A stretch of 64,000 nt of DNA, taken from Octopus sinensis (taxonomy: Eukaryota). Below the pieces are notes generated by a model. The model was not told the origin of the DNA. It worked only from the letters and a program-made list of their open reading frames with translations, and ran no database searches. Both the position numbers and the translations under genes were made by a program. Where the stretch lies: positions 20,956,001 through 21,020,000 of the forward strand of contig NC_043009.1 in the NCBI RefSeq assembly GCF_006345805.1, given 5' to 3'. Of this stretch, positions 1 through 12,207 are shown piece after piece. Numbering within the stretch: the stretch's first letter is position 1; every line of letters starts with the position of its first letter.

Positions 1-29
1 CACAAACTTCAAGAACAGAGACCTTCAAA

Positions 30-435
30 GCATTCTCCAATGGGGATATATCAAATTTGTCTCTTTTAACAGTAAAAAAGCACAAGAACTATTCATATAA
101 ACAAAACATCACCCTGACTCTTAATCATGAACTATAGTCAGCAAGAGTCATTAAAAATCACTTATTAATGGGCCTCACTATCATCAAAGATCTCTTCTGG
201 CAAAGCACATAACACAGCCATGACCACATTTTACTTCAGGGCCATAAGATATTTCATCCCTTATTGATAGTCTACAAAGCTTTGGTGGAGCCTGCAATGA
301 AGAACAGGTTTCACATATGGGGCAGTACTACTGCTGTTGCACTCACAGACATCCTAGGCCACATCCAGAAAAGGGCCACCTGACTGATTAGCATGAAGTC
401 ACTCACAAATGTACTCTGCTTCTGGCCACAGAACT
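30..435 (+). mobile_element. CR1/L2 (Jockey-group) LINE remnant, RT C-terminal region
   Basis: Translation gives ..FNSKKAQ.. and LLIVYKALVEPAMKNRFHIWG...LGHIQKRAT*LI, matching the post-RT consensus of CR1/L2 LINEs (LYKAxIRPxLEYCSHIW..LDRIQxRA). Stops are present. Confidence 0.55.
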
Positions 436-438
436 TGC

Positions 439-822
439 ATGAAAGTGCAAAGACTTCATGAACATTGTGTAGAGGCATCATTGGTAACAGGCTCCAACAG
501 AGGTCATAGAGTTCTAATTCCCAGAATTAAACTTAGCCCAAGTGATGCAAATATTCCATACACATTAAACTGACTTCAGTTTCCACTTCAACTTGCATAT
601 TCAATGACAATTAATAAGGCTCAAGGGTGAACATTTGAAAAAGTTGGAATACATTTGCCTCAACCGGTATTTTCTCATGGCCAATTATATGTCGCATTTT
701 CAAGAGCATGAGCTATGAACAATATCAAAGTAAGAGTTATGACATTCAATTGGGATAAAAGACAAGGCCAAAAACGTGGTGTGGCGTACACACAAAATAT
801 TGTCTACCATGAAGTACTGTGA
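439..822 (+). pseudogene. Helitron RepHel PIF1-helicase C-terminal fragment (decayed)
   Basis: One frame reads [79 protein letters not shown]...TQNIVYHEVL*. These are the PIF1 TINKxQG and [11 protein letters not shown] motifs and the typical Helitron terminus. Three in-frame TGA codons. Confidence 0.85.
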
Positions 823-1004
823 GGAAGACCATCGCACCAGCTAGCATTACCACCACACCAGCCGCTCCATTGTTACACATCCACATTACACCTTTAAGAT
901 CGAGGAACCAGTTAGAGGCTTGCTGGATCTCTCTCGGCATACCAGCAAACCACAAAATCACACCAGTCAGTATCCCCACTACCTTCAAGACCGTCATATA
1001 TATA

Positions 1005-1486
1005 TGTAGTGACGTCATTTCCCAGTGTGCGTGTGCGGACCATCATTCTTCAGTGTGCGTGTGCGGGGCTGGAATCTTCTGGAAAGGCCTAAGGAAGTTC
1101 CTTCGTGCACATGCGCTAGAGACTGGGGAGGAAAATTCTATCGCGTTCCTTGTTAGCGTCATTGACTTGAGATTTGGCTATTGAAGAGAAAGGACGTGTT
1201 AAACGTGTGATCAGCCTATTCTCCTGTCCCAGACGCTTAGGATTTGACCTGCTCTGTTGCTGCTGAATTTGTTGTAAGGTTATCTTACAAATGTTAAAAT
1301 TCAGCCTTGCTATATCGAACCAAGTGGATACCAATATACCAACGTACTTCTTTTGTAAATAAGAAAATAAAGTGTTATATATATTTTTAAGGTTGCGTTC
1401 TTGTTCCTGACTGGTAGTTTCTGGAAACTAAAGAAAGGAAATTGGTTGCACCCAAACAGTGTAAAGAATCAACCAGTACCATTACA
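1005..1486 (+). repeat. 5' LTR (482 bp)
   Basis: Starts TGTAGTGACG, ends CCATTACA. Near-identical to 6443-6952. Carries 2 copies of a 28-bp unit. Confidence 0.95.
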
Positions 1487-1487
1487 G

Positions 1488-1499
1488 TGGTGACCCCGA
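1488..1499 (+). promoter_or_regulatory. Primer binding site, tRNA-Trp type
   Basis: TGGTGACCCCGA one base after the LTR. Equals the first 12 nt of the known tRNA-Trp PBS TGGTGACCCCGACGTGAT. Confidence 0.85.
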
Positions 1500-2292
1500 G
1501 TTCTGGTCATAGACCATAGAACACGCAACTAAGATCTAGTTTCTACCGAGTCTGAATCAATCAGTCAACCACCATCTCAGCCGCAGTCATCATCATCTTT
1601 GCTTCAATTTTATCGTTGTTTTGTCATAGACACAAAGCGTAGCCAAACATATTATGAAGACGCTATTGTAAACCAACGACAGACATATCATCATAACCAA
1701 CATCGTCTCCATCTACAAAAATTCAAATGTACACAAGATACAGATTCTACTCATGCTGTAGTGTGAAAATCTCACCACGGAAGAACAGTTGCAGTATATA
1801 TATCTGGAAGAATATCTATATCAAGAGAAAAATATGCACAACAAGTGACTCAACTAATCTCAGCTCCGAGACACAAATCTTGTATAGAACTCATTATCGT
1901 GTACAACATGAACTGATAAAATAACTCCATTTAAACACAAAATGTTGAGACTTCTCTCATGCTCTGTTGTGTTTGCATAAAGCTTATTTCTGTACATCTG
2001 ACACACGAAAAAAAAGAAAGAAAAAAAATTTTTTTGTTTCAGACGCAACGAAGGTTGGTAAAATAAAAAAAAAAAAAAGAATTTTTTATTCTCTGTGCAT
2101 ACAGTACAAAAAGAAAAAACACTTTTTTTTTGGTAAAATTTACACATAAAAAAAATTTATTGGTTCAATTGCTGGTCTTGTTTTAATTTCTATTTATTTC
2201 TGTTCCTTTTTCCATTTGTGTCAGTTCAACTTTTCGTTGTCATTTCCCCTTTCCTTTGACAGAGTCATCTATTTAAATTTAAAAAGAACAAA

Positions 2293-3000
2293 ATGTCTTT
2301 GGCATCATTACCCATTTTCACAGGTGATGCTACACTTTGGTTTGCACAACTAGAGGCATATTTTTGTGCACATAGTGTTTCTTCTGAGCAGCAGTTGAAA
2401 ATTCTTTATAGTTGTATGTCTCCTCAACTTGCAACTACTGCCAGAGATCTTATTACAGATCCTTGCCCAGATGCCACTCATGCATCTGTTAAATTAGAAA
2501 TAGAAAAAAGAAACACTAGAAGCAAGGAAAGTCGCTTCAATGAATTGATGGTGGATGAAGAGTTGGGAGATAGGACTCCTTCTGAATTTTTGTGATGTTT
2601 AAGAGTGGTAAAGCTGCTGATGCTCCTCTGCTTGGGAAAATTTTTTTTGCAAGGTTACCTACCTACATACAAACTGTTTTGGCAACTGCTCGAGTCCAAT
2701 ACAGTGGACCAAATAGCAACCATGGCAGACAAAATGGTTGAATTTGCCGTGCGGCCATCTTCACGTGCTGCATGTGTCTGCTCGGAAACTTCTGCAGGCT
2801 CAATTGAGGGACTTTCTAAACAAATAGAAAGTCTCACCAAAAGGATGAACGTGATGTGTCACGATGGCAAGCGATTTTCAAGATCGCGTAGTCGTAGCCA
2901 TTCTTTATCTCGTTCCACACAGTCAAAGTCTGAACTGTGTTGGTATCACTCCAAATTTGGAGAGAAAGCACATAAGTGCATACAGCCATGCACCTATAAA
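2293..3000 (+). pseudogene. gag: gag (disrupted)
   Basis: MSLASLPIFTGDATLWFAQLEAYF..., LGDRTPSEFL*, CHCC zinc knuckle. A stop and a frameshift split ORFs 2293-2595 and 2605-3168. Confidence 0.85.
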
Positions 3001-6000
3001 AGATTTCAACTAGCTTCGGAGGAGTTGAGCACGTCAACTTCCTCCACATCGTTCGCTAGTTATCATGCATTTTTTGTTAAAGATCTTGTGTTGAAGAAAT
3101 ACTTCATGGTAGACACTGGTTCTTGTAGCATTTGGCCTCTGCGTCTCACAACTGACAAGCCAAAATGATCTAATGTTACTTTGCACGCTATTGACTCGTC
3201 ACCAATAGCCACATTCGGTCAGATTTCTTTACGCCTCGACATAAATCATCGTCGAGATTTTCAGTGGGTTTTTGTCATTGCTGACATTCCGCATCCTATT
3301 TTAGGTGCGGATTTTCTAAATAACTTTGATCTATTGGTAGATGTCAGGCATCGGAGGCTAGTCAACAATTCGACTACACTCTCCATGCCGACCAGAGAAT
3401 CTACCGATTCAGCTCTTAGCCCGACATTTTTTGTTGCTACAGCTGGAGATATTTTTCATTCTCTTTTGGCTTCTTTTCCAGAGCTACTCGATATTACTTT
3501 TAAAATGGCAAAACCCGTACACTCGACACTCCATTTCATTACAACTACTGGGCCGCCTGTTTTTTCGTGCCCACGGCGTCTTGCACCTGACCGTCTTAAA
3601 ACATCTAGGGCTGAGTTTGAGCATATGCTCCAGCTTGGTCTGATACGCCCATCCACCAGTCCATGGGCATCACCCCTTCATTTAGTTCGAAAAGGGGATA
3701 CAGATTTTCACCCGGTGGGAGATTATCGGCATCTAAATTCTGTGACAATTCCTGACAGATATCCAATTAGGGTTCTTAATGATATTTCAGCGAATCTTCA
3801 TGGCTGTACCATTTTTTCTAAGGTTGACCTCATACGTGCTTATCATCAAATACCGGTCAACCCAGACGATGTTCCTAAAATGGCAATTACCACTCCTTTT
3901 GGTTGTTTTGAATTTCTATACATGAGTTTTGGTTTGCAGAACGCCACTAGTACGTTCCAACATATTATACATGAAGTTGTTCGTGGACTTGATTTTGTTT
4001 TCGCGTATGTCGATGATATCCTCATCGCAAGTGATACGTATGAAAATCATCTCCAGCACTTGTCTCAGCTTTTTCAGCATCTTCGCGACTATGGTTTTCA
4101 CATTAATCCAGACAAGTGTGTTTTGGGGCAATCACCTCTTGATTTTCTTGGTCATTGTATTGATTCGAGTGGAATCAAACCTCTCTCGTCTAAAGTCGAT
4201 GCAATTCAGCGCATCGCACCACCTTCTTCTTTGCGTCAACTTCGCCATTTTTTGGGTATAGTTAATTTCTATCGACGTTTCATAAACTGGTTTGCAGACA
4301 AGTTGTTTCTTTTAACACAGATGCTAAAGGGCAATTCTAAAACAGACGCCCGTCTTACTCTTTCAGCTGAAGCACTGTCTGCCTTTGAGTTAGTTAAAAA
4401 GGAACTAGCTTCAGTTCTTTATCTGTGGATGCATCAGATTCTGCAATTGGCACTGTCTTGCAGCACACCGTAGATGGTGAAACTAAACCTTTGGCTTACT
4501 TTTCTTGCCAGCTGCAGCCTGCTGAACGCAGATATAGTACTTTTGATCGTGAGTTACTAGCGATCTATCTGTCAGTTCGGCATTTTCAGCACCAGCTCGA
4601 GGGACGAGAGTTTGTGATTTATACTGATCACAAGCCCCTTACGTTTGCACTATCTTCTAAAACGAACAAACTCTCCCCTCGTGCTTTCCGTCACCTGGAC
4701 TATATTTCTCATCTTACAAGTGACATTCGACATGTGCCAGGGAAGGAGAACGTTCCAGCTGATGTTCTCTCTAGGCTCCCTGTCAATTCCATTTCCTCTC
4801 CTGCAGCAATTGACTTAACTGCTATTTCGCAGGATCAATTTGAATTTAACTTCGGAGTTGAATTTAACTTCGCCCAAGTTTATCAATTGTAAGTTTGCCT
4901 ACCGTCCGCTCTCTTCAGCAGAAGGCTCTAGTCTTTGTGACGTCTCCACCGGTTCTCCTAGGCCGTTAGTACCTGAGAAACATCAACGTTCTGTTTTTGA
5001 TGCTCTTCATTCATTGTCACATCCGGGTATCTCTGCCACAGTAAAGCTTGTTACTGCTCGGTTCTTCTGGCCCAATATGCAACGATCAATTACCTCTTGG
5101 GCACACTCTTGTTTGAGGTGCCAGAGTGCTAAAGTCTATAGACACGTTCGTGCTCCACTTGGACAGTTTTCTTCTCCTGAGGCCCGTTTTCGCCATGTCC
5201 ACCTTGATTTGGTTGGACCATGGCCTGTGAGTCGCAGTTTCTCATATATTTTAACTTGTATCGATTGTTTCTCACGTTGGCCAGAAGCTATTCCTATAGT
5301 AGACATTTCTGCTGAAACTGTTGCGAAAGCTTTCGTGTCTAACTGGATTTCTAGGTATGGTGTACCGTCCAGTTTAACCACAGATCGTAGTCGACAATTC
5401 GAAGCGGTTTTATTTTGTGAGTTATCACGAATCCTGGGGATGCATCATATACGCACCACTAGTTACCATTCCGCTTCTAATGGGATGGTGGAGCGTTTCC
5501 ACAGGCAACTTAAGGCCGCGTTGCATGCCTTGCTGAATCCCCAGTCATGGACTGAATTTCTTCCTATCGTCCTGCTTGGATGTCGGACTGCGATTAAAGT
5601 AGACCTTGGTTTTTTTTCTGCCGAGCTCTTGTATGGTACCACACTGGCATTGTCTGGTACGATGTTGGTGCCAGACAAGTCACAATCTCTTAATTTAGAG
5701 TCTTATGTTGTTCGACTACGCAGATATTTTTCTGCCCTTCCTCCTATGGGCCCCTGACACCAAAATCCTCCTTCTAATGTGCCATCAGATCTTGATTCTT
5801 GGACACATGTTTTTGTTCATGATGATTCTGTCAAAGGACCACTTGTTTCTCCTTATAAAGGACCTTTTCGTGTGATTTCCCACACGCTGAAAATATTCAA
5901 ACTTGACATTAATGGTCGTTCGGAGACCATCTCTGTAGATCATCTTAAAAGGGCACATTTTGAGGTGTCAACATCTTTTGATGACACCGCTGCTACAACC

Positions 6001-6210
6001 ATCGTTGAACCTTCACATGCACCTTTGACAACACCACCATTTACACATGCACCTTTGACAACACCACCATTTACACATGCACCTTTATCAACACCAACAT
6101 CGGCAACATCACCTTCGTTGTTGCAGCCCGCCTCGAACAAACCTTATGTTACGAGGTCAGGCAGAACTGTTCATTGGCCAAAGAAACTTTCAAAGACTAT
6201 TTATATTTGA
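3001..6210 (+). pseudogene. pol: pol (protease, RT, RNase H, integrase; disrupted)
   Basis: VDTGS protease, YVDDILI RT, DASDSAIG RNase H, HSLSH..CLRC plus DLVGP/TDRS/VERFH integrase, PYKGPF (GPY/F). Broken into ORFs 3181-4473, 4425-4892, 4840-5757, 5779-6210. Confidence 0.92.
6012..6092 (+). repeat. 30-bp tandem repeat in the integrase C-terminal tail
   Basis: About 2.7 copies of ACACATGCACCTTTGACAACACCACCATTT, encoding HAPLTTPPFT repeats. Confidence 0.8.
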
Positions 6211-6442
6211 CATTCTCAATTGTGTTCCCAGTGACAGTTACGATACTTATTGAACTTTGTTCATTTGAGTATTTTTTTTTCCTTTTGGTGCATTCTTATT
6301 TATATTGAAGATTTTGTTTTGATTTGTCATATTGTGTGCCATACATATATATTTTTTTTTTTGGTGATTTGGTAACCACCTTATTTTCTGAAGCCACAAC
6401 AAGGAATTTTGTTTCGTGCTTCCGCACTCGAGGGGAAGCCTT

Positions 6443-6952
6443 TGTAGTGACGTCATTTCCCAGTGTGCGTGTGCGGAACGTCATTCTTCAGTGTGCGTGT
6501 GCGGAATGTCATTCTTCAGTGTGCGTGTGCGGGGCTGGAACCTTCTGGAAAGGCCTAAGGAAGTTCCCTCATGCACATGCGCTAGAGACTGGGGAGGAAA
6601 ATTCTATCGCGTTCCTTGTTAGCGTCGTTGACTTGAGACACGGCTATTGAAGAGAAAGGACGTGTTAAACGTGTGATCAGCCTATTCTCCTGTCCCAGAC
6701 GCTTAGGATTTGACCTGCTCTGTTGCTGCTGAATTTGTTGTAAGGTTATCTTACAAATGTTAAAATTCAGCCTTGCTATATCGAACCAAGTGGATACCAA
6801 TATACCAACGTACTTCTTTTGTAAATAAGAAAATAAAGAGTTATATATATTTTTAAGGTTGCGTTCTTGTTCCTGACTGGTAGTTTCTGGAAACTAAAGA
6901 AAGGAAATTGGTTGCACCCAAACAGTGTAAAGAATCAACCAGTACCATTACA
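6443..6952 (+). repeat. 3' LTR (510 bp), preceded by polypurine tract 6430-6438
   Basis: GAGGGGAAG PPT, then TGTAGTGACG...CCATTACA, then TATA. Carries 3 copies of the 28-bp unit. Confidence 0.95.
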
Positions 6953-6978
6953 TATAAATATATATATATATATATATA

Positions 6979-7682
6979 TGTAGCGAATCTTGCATGCATG
7001 AAGTGGATTCGATCCACTATAGCCAAATTTAAACTAACACTGCTACAAAACTTTTCCCACGATGGAACAATGGTTTCTCTCTGACATCAGTTTTTTATAT
7101 CTTCCAGATGCCTTTAGTTAGGCCATAATAATGTCTTCACCACTTGACCCTTTCTAACCTCTTCTACTTCACCAAAAGCTAGAATAGATAACAACACCAC
7201 TAACTAAATCTATTGTTCTCAATGATATATCTATCCTTCGGGATCTTTATATAAGTAAGCACATCGCAAGCAAAAATCAGCCAGTCACATTGTGACGACT
7301 CAACGAGGTCTGGTTGACCAACCTCCGTCAGAGGGAGAAAGCAACTGTGAGACAAAACCCTACCATTCTCTCTAGCTCTAATTCTGTTCTCTTACAACAT
7401 CATTCAATCTGTCTCAGCAATTACTACTAACAATGAACAGAGCCAAAACTCAAATATTCTACCGCATCTAACTTTTGCATGCTTTTGGATTTATCAACCT
7501 GCCCGTCAAGGCAAGGTATTTGTAACGTAACAGTAAATAAATACTTTCTTAAAACTTCATGCATTGTACATCTTTCACATCCTACAGTAAACAATTATAA
7601 CAACAACATTTGACCGTTACAACCACAGACTCCAACACATCATAATAATGCATACCAACCAAAACACATTGCGACCGTTACA
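6979..7682. repeat. Candidate solo LTR
   Basis: Begins TGTAGC directly after a (TA)n run and ends CGTTACA, resembling the termini of the two Gypsy LTRs. Flanks are TATA/TATG. No coding capacity seen. Confidence 0.35.
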
Positions 7683-7687
7683 TATGT

Positions 7688-7912
7688 GTATGTGTGTGTG
7701 TGTGTGTGTGTTTGTTCCACCACCACCACCATTGCTTGACAACTGATGCTGGTGCATTTGCGTCCCTGTAATTTAGCTGTTCAGCAGAATAGACTGATAG
7801 AATAAGCACCAGGCTTACAGGGAATAAGTCTAGGGGTCAATTTATTTGACTAAAGGGTGGTGCTCCAGCATGGCCACCATCAAATGACTGAAACAAGTAA
7901 AAGAATAAAAGC
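7688..7912 (+). mobile_element. SINE family A, 3' half (microsatellite plus tail)
   Basis: (GT)n followed by the tail CTTGACAAC..GATGCTGGTG..GAATAAG..GCTCCAGCATGGCC..AAACAAGTAAAAGAATAAAAG, shared with the full copy at 38383. Confidence 0.75.
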
Positions 7913-8003
7913 ATACCAGAAAAACGTTTAGTACCACTAAACCAAGAAGGTTCTTTGAATATGTACGATGTATTTTAAAGCTAAATAGTATCTCTGTTTA
8001 ATT

Positions 8004-9535
8004 CCAGGTAGAAGTAGGGTCCACCAAGGATCAGCCCTCAGCCCCCTCTTATTCATCATAGTCCTTCAGGCAATAACAGAGGAATTCAAGACAGGTTGCC
8101 CCTGGGAACTCCTCTATGCTAATGACCAGCCAGAACTAGAGAAGAAATTTCAGGTGTGGAAGCAAGGTTCAGAATCGAAGGGCTTTAAAGTCAATGTCAT
8201 AAAAACCAAAGTTCTAGTAAGTAGGCAGGCGAACACATCATACATCCCTTCAGGTAGATGGCCCTGCTTGATCTGTAAAATAGGTGTAGGTAGAAATTCC
8301 AGAAGATGTACCCAGTGTAAGCTATGGATGCATAAGAGGTGCAGCAACATCAAAAGAAGATAGCTTTCATGTGTAGCAGATGCACAGGGGCAATAAACAC
8401 CACAGATGCTCAGAAAACAGATTTCATCATTCCAGGGGGAGGAACTAAAAGTAGTTGATAGCTTCTACTACCTAGGTGACCAAGTCTGTAGTGGGGGTGA
8501 ATGCTCAGAGAGCATTACCACTAGAATAAGAATAGCCTGGGCAAAGTTCTGAAAACTTCTATCCCTACTGGTGACAAAGAGCCTCTTGCTCAGAGTGGAA
8601 GATAAATTGTATAATGCATGTGTGCGAACTGCCATGCTTCACGGCAGTGAATCATGGGCTGTGACTGCTGAAGACATGCGTAGGCTTGAAAAAAATAAAG
8701 CTAGCATGATCTACTGGATGTGTAATGTCAGTGTTCACACACAACAGAGTGTAAGTGGCCTGAGAGAAACGTTGGACATAAGAAGCATCTGATGTGGCGT
8801 GCAAGGGAGACGTCTGCACTGGTATGGTCATGTACTGCAGATGGATAAGGAGAGCTGTGTGAAGAAGTGCCGCTCCCAAACAGTGGAAGGAACCCATGGT
8901 TGAGGGAGATCTAGAAAGATATGGGATGAGGTGGTGAAGCACGACCTTCAAATGTTGGGCCTCACAGAGGCAATGACAAAGGACTGAGACCTCTGGAGAT
9001 ATGCTGTGACTGAGAAGACCTAGCAAATAAAGTGAGTTCACAGCTGTAGCCTACACCAGTGTTGCATAACCAGTCCACTCAAAAAAGTACCTTTGGATCG
9101 TAGGGCGATATGTGAGGAAACCTACTGAGTCAAATACATCAAAATTAAATCAAACCACAATCAAATGGAAATTGTAGTTGTGGCTGATTCCAGTGTTACC
9201 TGATTGGCTCCCCATGCCGGTGGCATGTAAAAAGCATCTTCCGAACATGGTTGAAGCCGACCCCTCACCCTGACTGGCTCCTGTGCCGGTGGCACATAAA
9301 AGCACCATCTAAATGTGGTCGATGCCAGCCCCCTCTGGCCCCTGTGTCGGTGGCACATAAAAAGCCCCCACTACACTCTTGGAGTGATTGGCGTTAGGAA
9401 GGGCATCCAACTGTAGAAACTTTGTCAGATCAGATTAAAGCCTGGTGCAGCCTCCTGGCTTCCCAGACCCCAGTCGAACCGTCCAACCCATGCCAGCATG
9501 GAAGGCGGACGTTAAACGATGAGGATGATAATGTT
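8004..9535 (+). mobile_element. RTE-clade LINE, 5'-truncated and decayed (RT C-half, 3' UTR, GAT tail)
   Basis: GVHQGSALSPLLFIIV, WELLYA(N)D, MLHGSESWAVT, RLHWYGHV motifs. 3' UTR GGCGTTAGGAAGGGCATCCA...AACCCATGCCAGCATGG...GATGAGGATGAT. Confidence 0.9.
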
Positions 9536-10382
9536 TGTGTAACTGAGATATTTTGGTTGGATTATAAAGTCATTGGAGTTTCACTACTTTCTATATTCTG
9601 TAACTGTTACAATAAACTTTTCTAGATCTGAAGTTTTTGAGAGGAGGGGTCCAGTTGGTTAGATTGACCCCAGTACACAACTGGTACTTAATTTGAACCC
9701 AGAACATAAAGACAGATGATTATAATATACAAACATTTCTCATGACACCTGTACACTATTTACAGATGCTTACATTTTTTTATGTTTCTCGTGAATTTTT
9801 CAGGGGTCCAGTTAGTATATATTACTTTCTCCCTTTAGTGATGTTCTCTGCTGTCCTGATATATTGACTTTTCTCATAAATCAGTTTCTAAGAATTTTGG
9901 TGTCAGTTTTATTATTAAAGCTTAGATTCAAAGTGTAGCTGTTGGGAATGGAGAACTAATCTCATATTGCCAGCTCTATCTGTAACAGAATAACTCAGCT
10001 TAAAAAAAATAATCTTTTGGCTAAGTCAGAAGGGAAAGTGTAGAGCCCAGGTTTTTCTTTTTTGTAGGGTTTCTGGGACATGATGGAAGAGAGAGGAAGA
10101 AATTTCTGACTAGACACTTGGTAGAAATTCTTTTAAAAGCAGGAGAACCCAAGTTTAGGGGATGAAATCAGACTCTGTTATGAGAAAGTGATCCCACTGC
10201 CATTACAAATACTTGTAAAAACTGACATGGCTAATTTTCCAAAATAACCTCCACCTCTACCAAATCCTTTAAACATTTGTGGACTTGAAGCAGATCAGAA
10301 TTTTAGTGGAAAGAAAATAGATGTTCTGGCAGTTGAAATGTTAACAAAGTTATTAAATGTAATATTAAACATATACCATTAC

Positions 10383-10529
10383 CTAAATGTACACTGCAGC
10401 AGATGGTTTAACTTGAGTTCTTCATAGATATCCGTCTTGTTCAGAAGTTCTGTTTTAAAACCTGGTGATATTTCACCGCTCCAGGTTTTCCAGATTTCTT
10501 TGATCCACACATCAATATCTAAATCAGAT
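10383..10529 (-). CDS. Host gene exon L (147 nt, phase 2-2): SDLDIDVWIKEIWKTWSGEISPGFKTELLNKTDIYEELKLNHLLQCTF
   Basis: Acceptor ttcttgttacag, donor AG|gtaatg. Only one open frame, and its phase matches exon K. Confidence 0.7.
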
Positions 10530-11159
10530 CTGTAACAAGAATTAATAAAAATAGGAATTATACTGAAAAATTTATAAGATTAAAGAAAAACAGCTGTGCT
10601 TATTTGTCTTTGATTTATTGAATAGCATATCCAAATTTTTAATAGATAAAAAATAATTATTGTTAATGAGAAGGGATATAAAGGGATATCTTAACTAGAA
10701 GGAAGAGAATACGAGACAATTTATTGAGAAACAAATTAAATGATTGAGAAAGTTACACCAATGCAAGTTGAAAATAAAAAAAATAATCCTCCAATCACCA
10801 CTAAAAAAACAAAAAAAAAAAGAGTTTCCAGCTTTATTGTATATATTTCAACAATATTTTGACCATTTGACCATACACAAATGAAGGTCTGCTGGACTAC
10901 TGCACCATGTACAGATAAAGGTGGGAGCTAGAGAAGTGCTGCAACATACAATAACGAGGAGTGCTATATTAATTACTGTCATGTAATCCAGGTCATCTGC
11001 TAACAGCAGGTTTTAGTTGTTTAATGAAAATCGTATAATGGTTGTTATATTATTAATCTGTTTGCAAAACTTCTCCAATTGACCTATTTGAGCATATCAG
11101 AAGAATGTTCCACTCTCCTTCATTTAAGATTAGGTCATCACATGGCTGAAATATGGTTT

Positions 11160-11520
11160 GGATCAAGGGTTCTCAACCAAGGTCCATGGATGCAATGCAG
11201 TAAATTGGGGGTCCACAGTAATTTTCCAGGAGTCATGAAAAAATTGTGCTTTAGACCAGTAGTTTCCAATGAAGACCCCTTGTTGCAATGTGGACCCCTG
11301 TACAATGGTGTGCTTTTAACTCAAAACAACATTTATAAAAATATTAATAAGTAAAATTAAAATCATTTGAGAAAGCCATAACAATGCAAGTAATGGACAA
11401 AAGAAGAAAAAAAAAACCCCAAATGTTTACGCTTTTATTTTATTTAAATAAGAGTTCTCAACCTTTTTTACCTGTGAACCCCTCTAATTCCTATTTCAGT
11501 TGTGTGAACCCCACCCCATA
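11160..11520. mobile_element. Degraded hAT/MITE-like remnants
   Basis: GGGTTCTCAACC and GTTCTCAACCTTTT motifs with GGACCCC/GAACCCC subterminal words typical of Charlie-like hAT MITEs. No clear boundaries. Confidence 0.3.
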
Positions 11521-11574
11521 GCCAGTCAATGTTTAAAAATCCCATTGTATTTTTATAATTAAATACGTATGGAG

Positions 11575-11960
11575 AAGGACAGCTGTGTAAAGAAGAGCCG
11601 ATCTCTAACTGTGGAGGGAACCTGTGGTAGAGGTAGACCCAGAGGTCATGGGACAAGGTGGTGAAGCATGATCTTTCAACACTGGGCTTCATGGAGGCAA
11701 TGACAAATGACCAAAACCTTTGGCATTATGCTGTGCTTGAAAAGAATACCCATCAAGCCAAGTGTAATCATAGTCATGGCAGATACTGGTGTCATGTAAA
11801 CGGCATCCGTGCCAGTGGCACATAATAGTACCTCTTACACTCTCAGAGGGGTTGGCATTAGGAAGGGCATCCAGCTGTAGAAACCATGCCAAATCAGACT
11901 TGGTCAAACCGTCCAACCCATGCCAGCATGGAAGGTGGACGTTAAATGATCATGATGATA
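11575..11960 (+). mobile_element. RTE LINE 3' fragment
   Basis: ORF end (GRPRG.WDKVVKHDL) plus the same 3' UTR and GAT tail as 8004-9535. Confidence 0.85.
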
Positions 11961-11999
11961 AATGTTATTCGGACTTGTATAAAAATTGTTGAAATACTT

Positions 12000-12207
12000 T
12001 GCATATTCCTCTCTCTCTTTCGGAGAGGCGCTGAGCAGCTATACGCACACATACACACACGGCAGTAACTTCCACCTACCGAATTCAATCACAAAGCTCC
12101 GGTCGGCTCGGGGCTATAGCGGAAGACACCTACCCAAAGTGCCACGCAGTGGGACTGAACCCGAAGCCATATAGTTAGGAAGCAAGCTCCCTAACCACAC
12201 AGCCATG
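12000..12207 (-). mobile_element. SINE family A, 5' head
   Basis: Reverse complement of GGCTGTGTGGTTAG..GGTTCAGTCCCACTGCGTGGCACTTTGGGTAGGTGTCTTC, a tRNA-like head with A/B-box-like words. Confidence 0.7.

Larger units (their letters stand above)
1005..6952 (+). mobile_element. Full-length defective Ty3/Gypsy LTR retrotransposon, CsRn1-like clade
   Basis: TG..CA LTRs at both ends, 4-bp TATA TSD, tRNA-Trp-type PBS, PPT, gag with CHCC knuckle (CWYH..FG..AHKCIQPC), domain order PR-RT-RH-IN. Confidence 0.95.

Noticed and set aside
6450-6535. 28-bp repeats as a CRISPR array
   Set aside because: Directly tandem with no spacers, inside an LTR, in a eukaryotic context.
9960-10330. Further exons after exon L, on either strand
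   Set aside because: All splice-site and frame combinations tried hit early stops; the gene end could not be supported.
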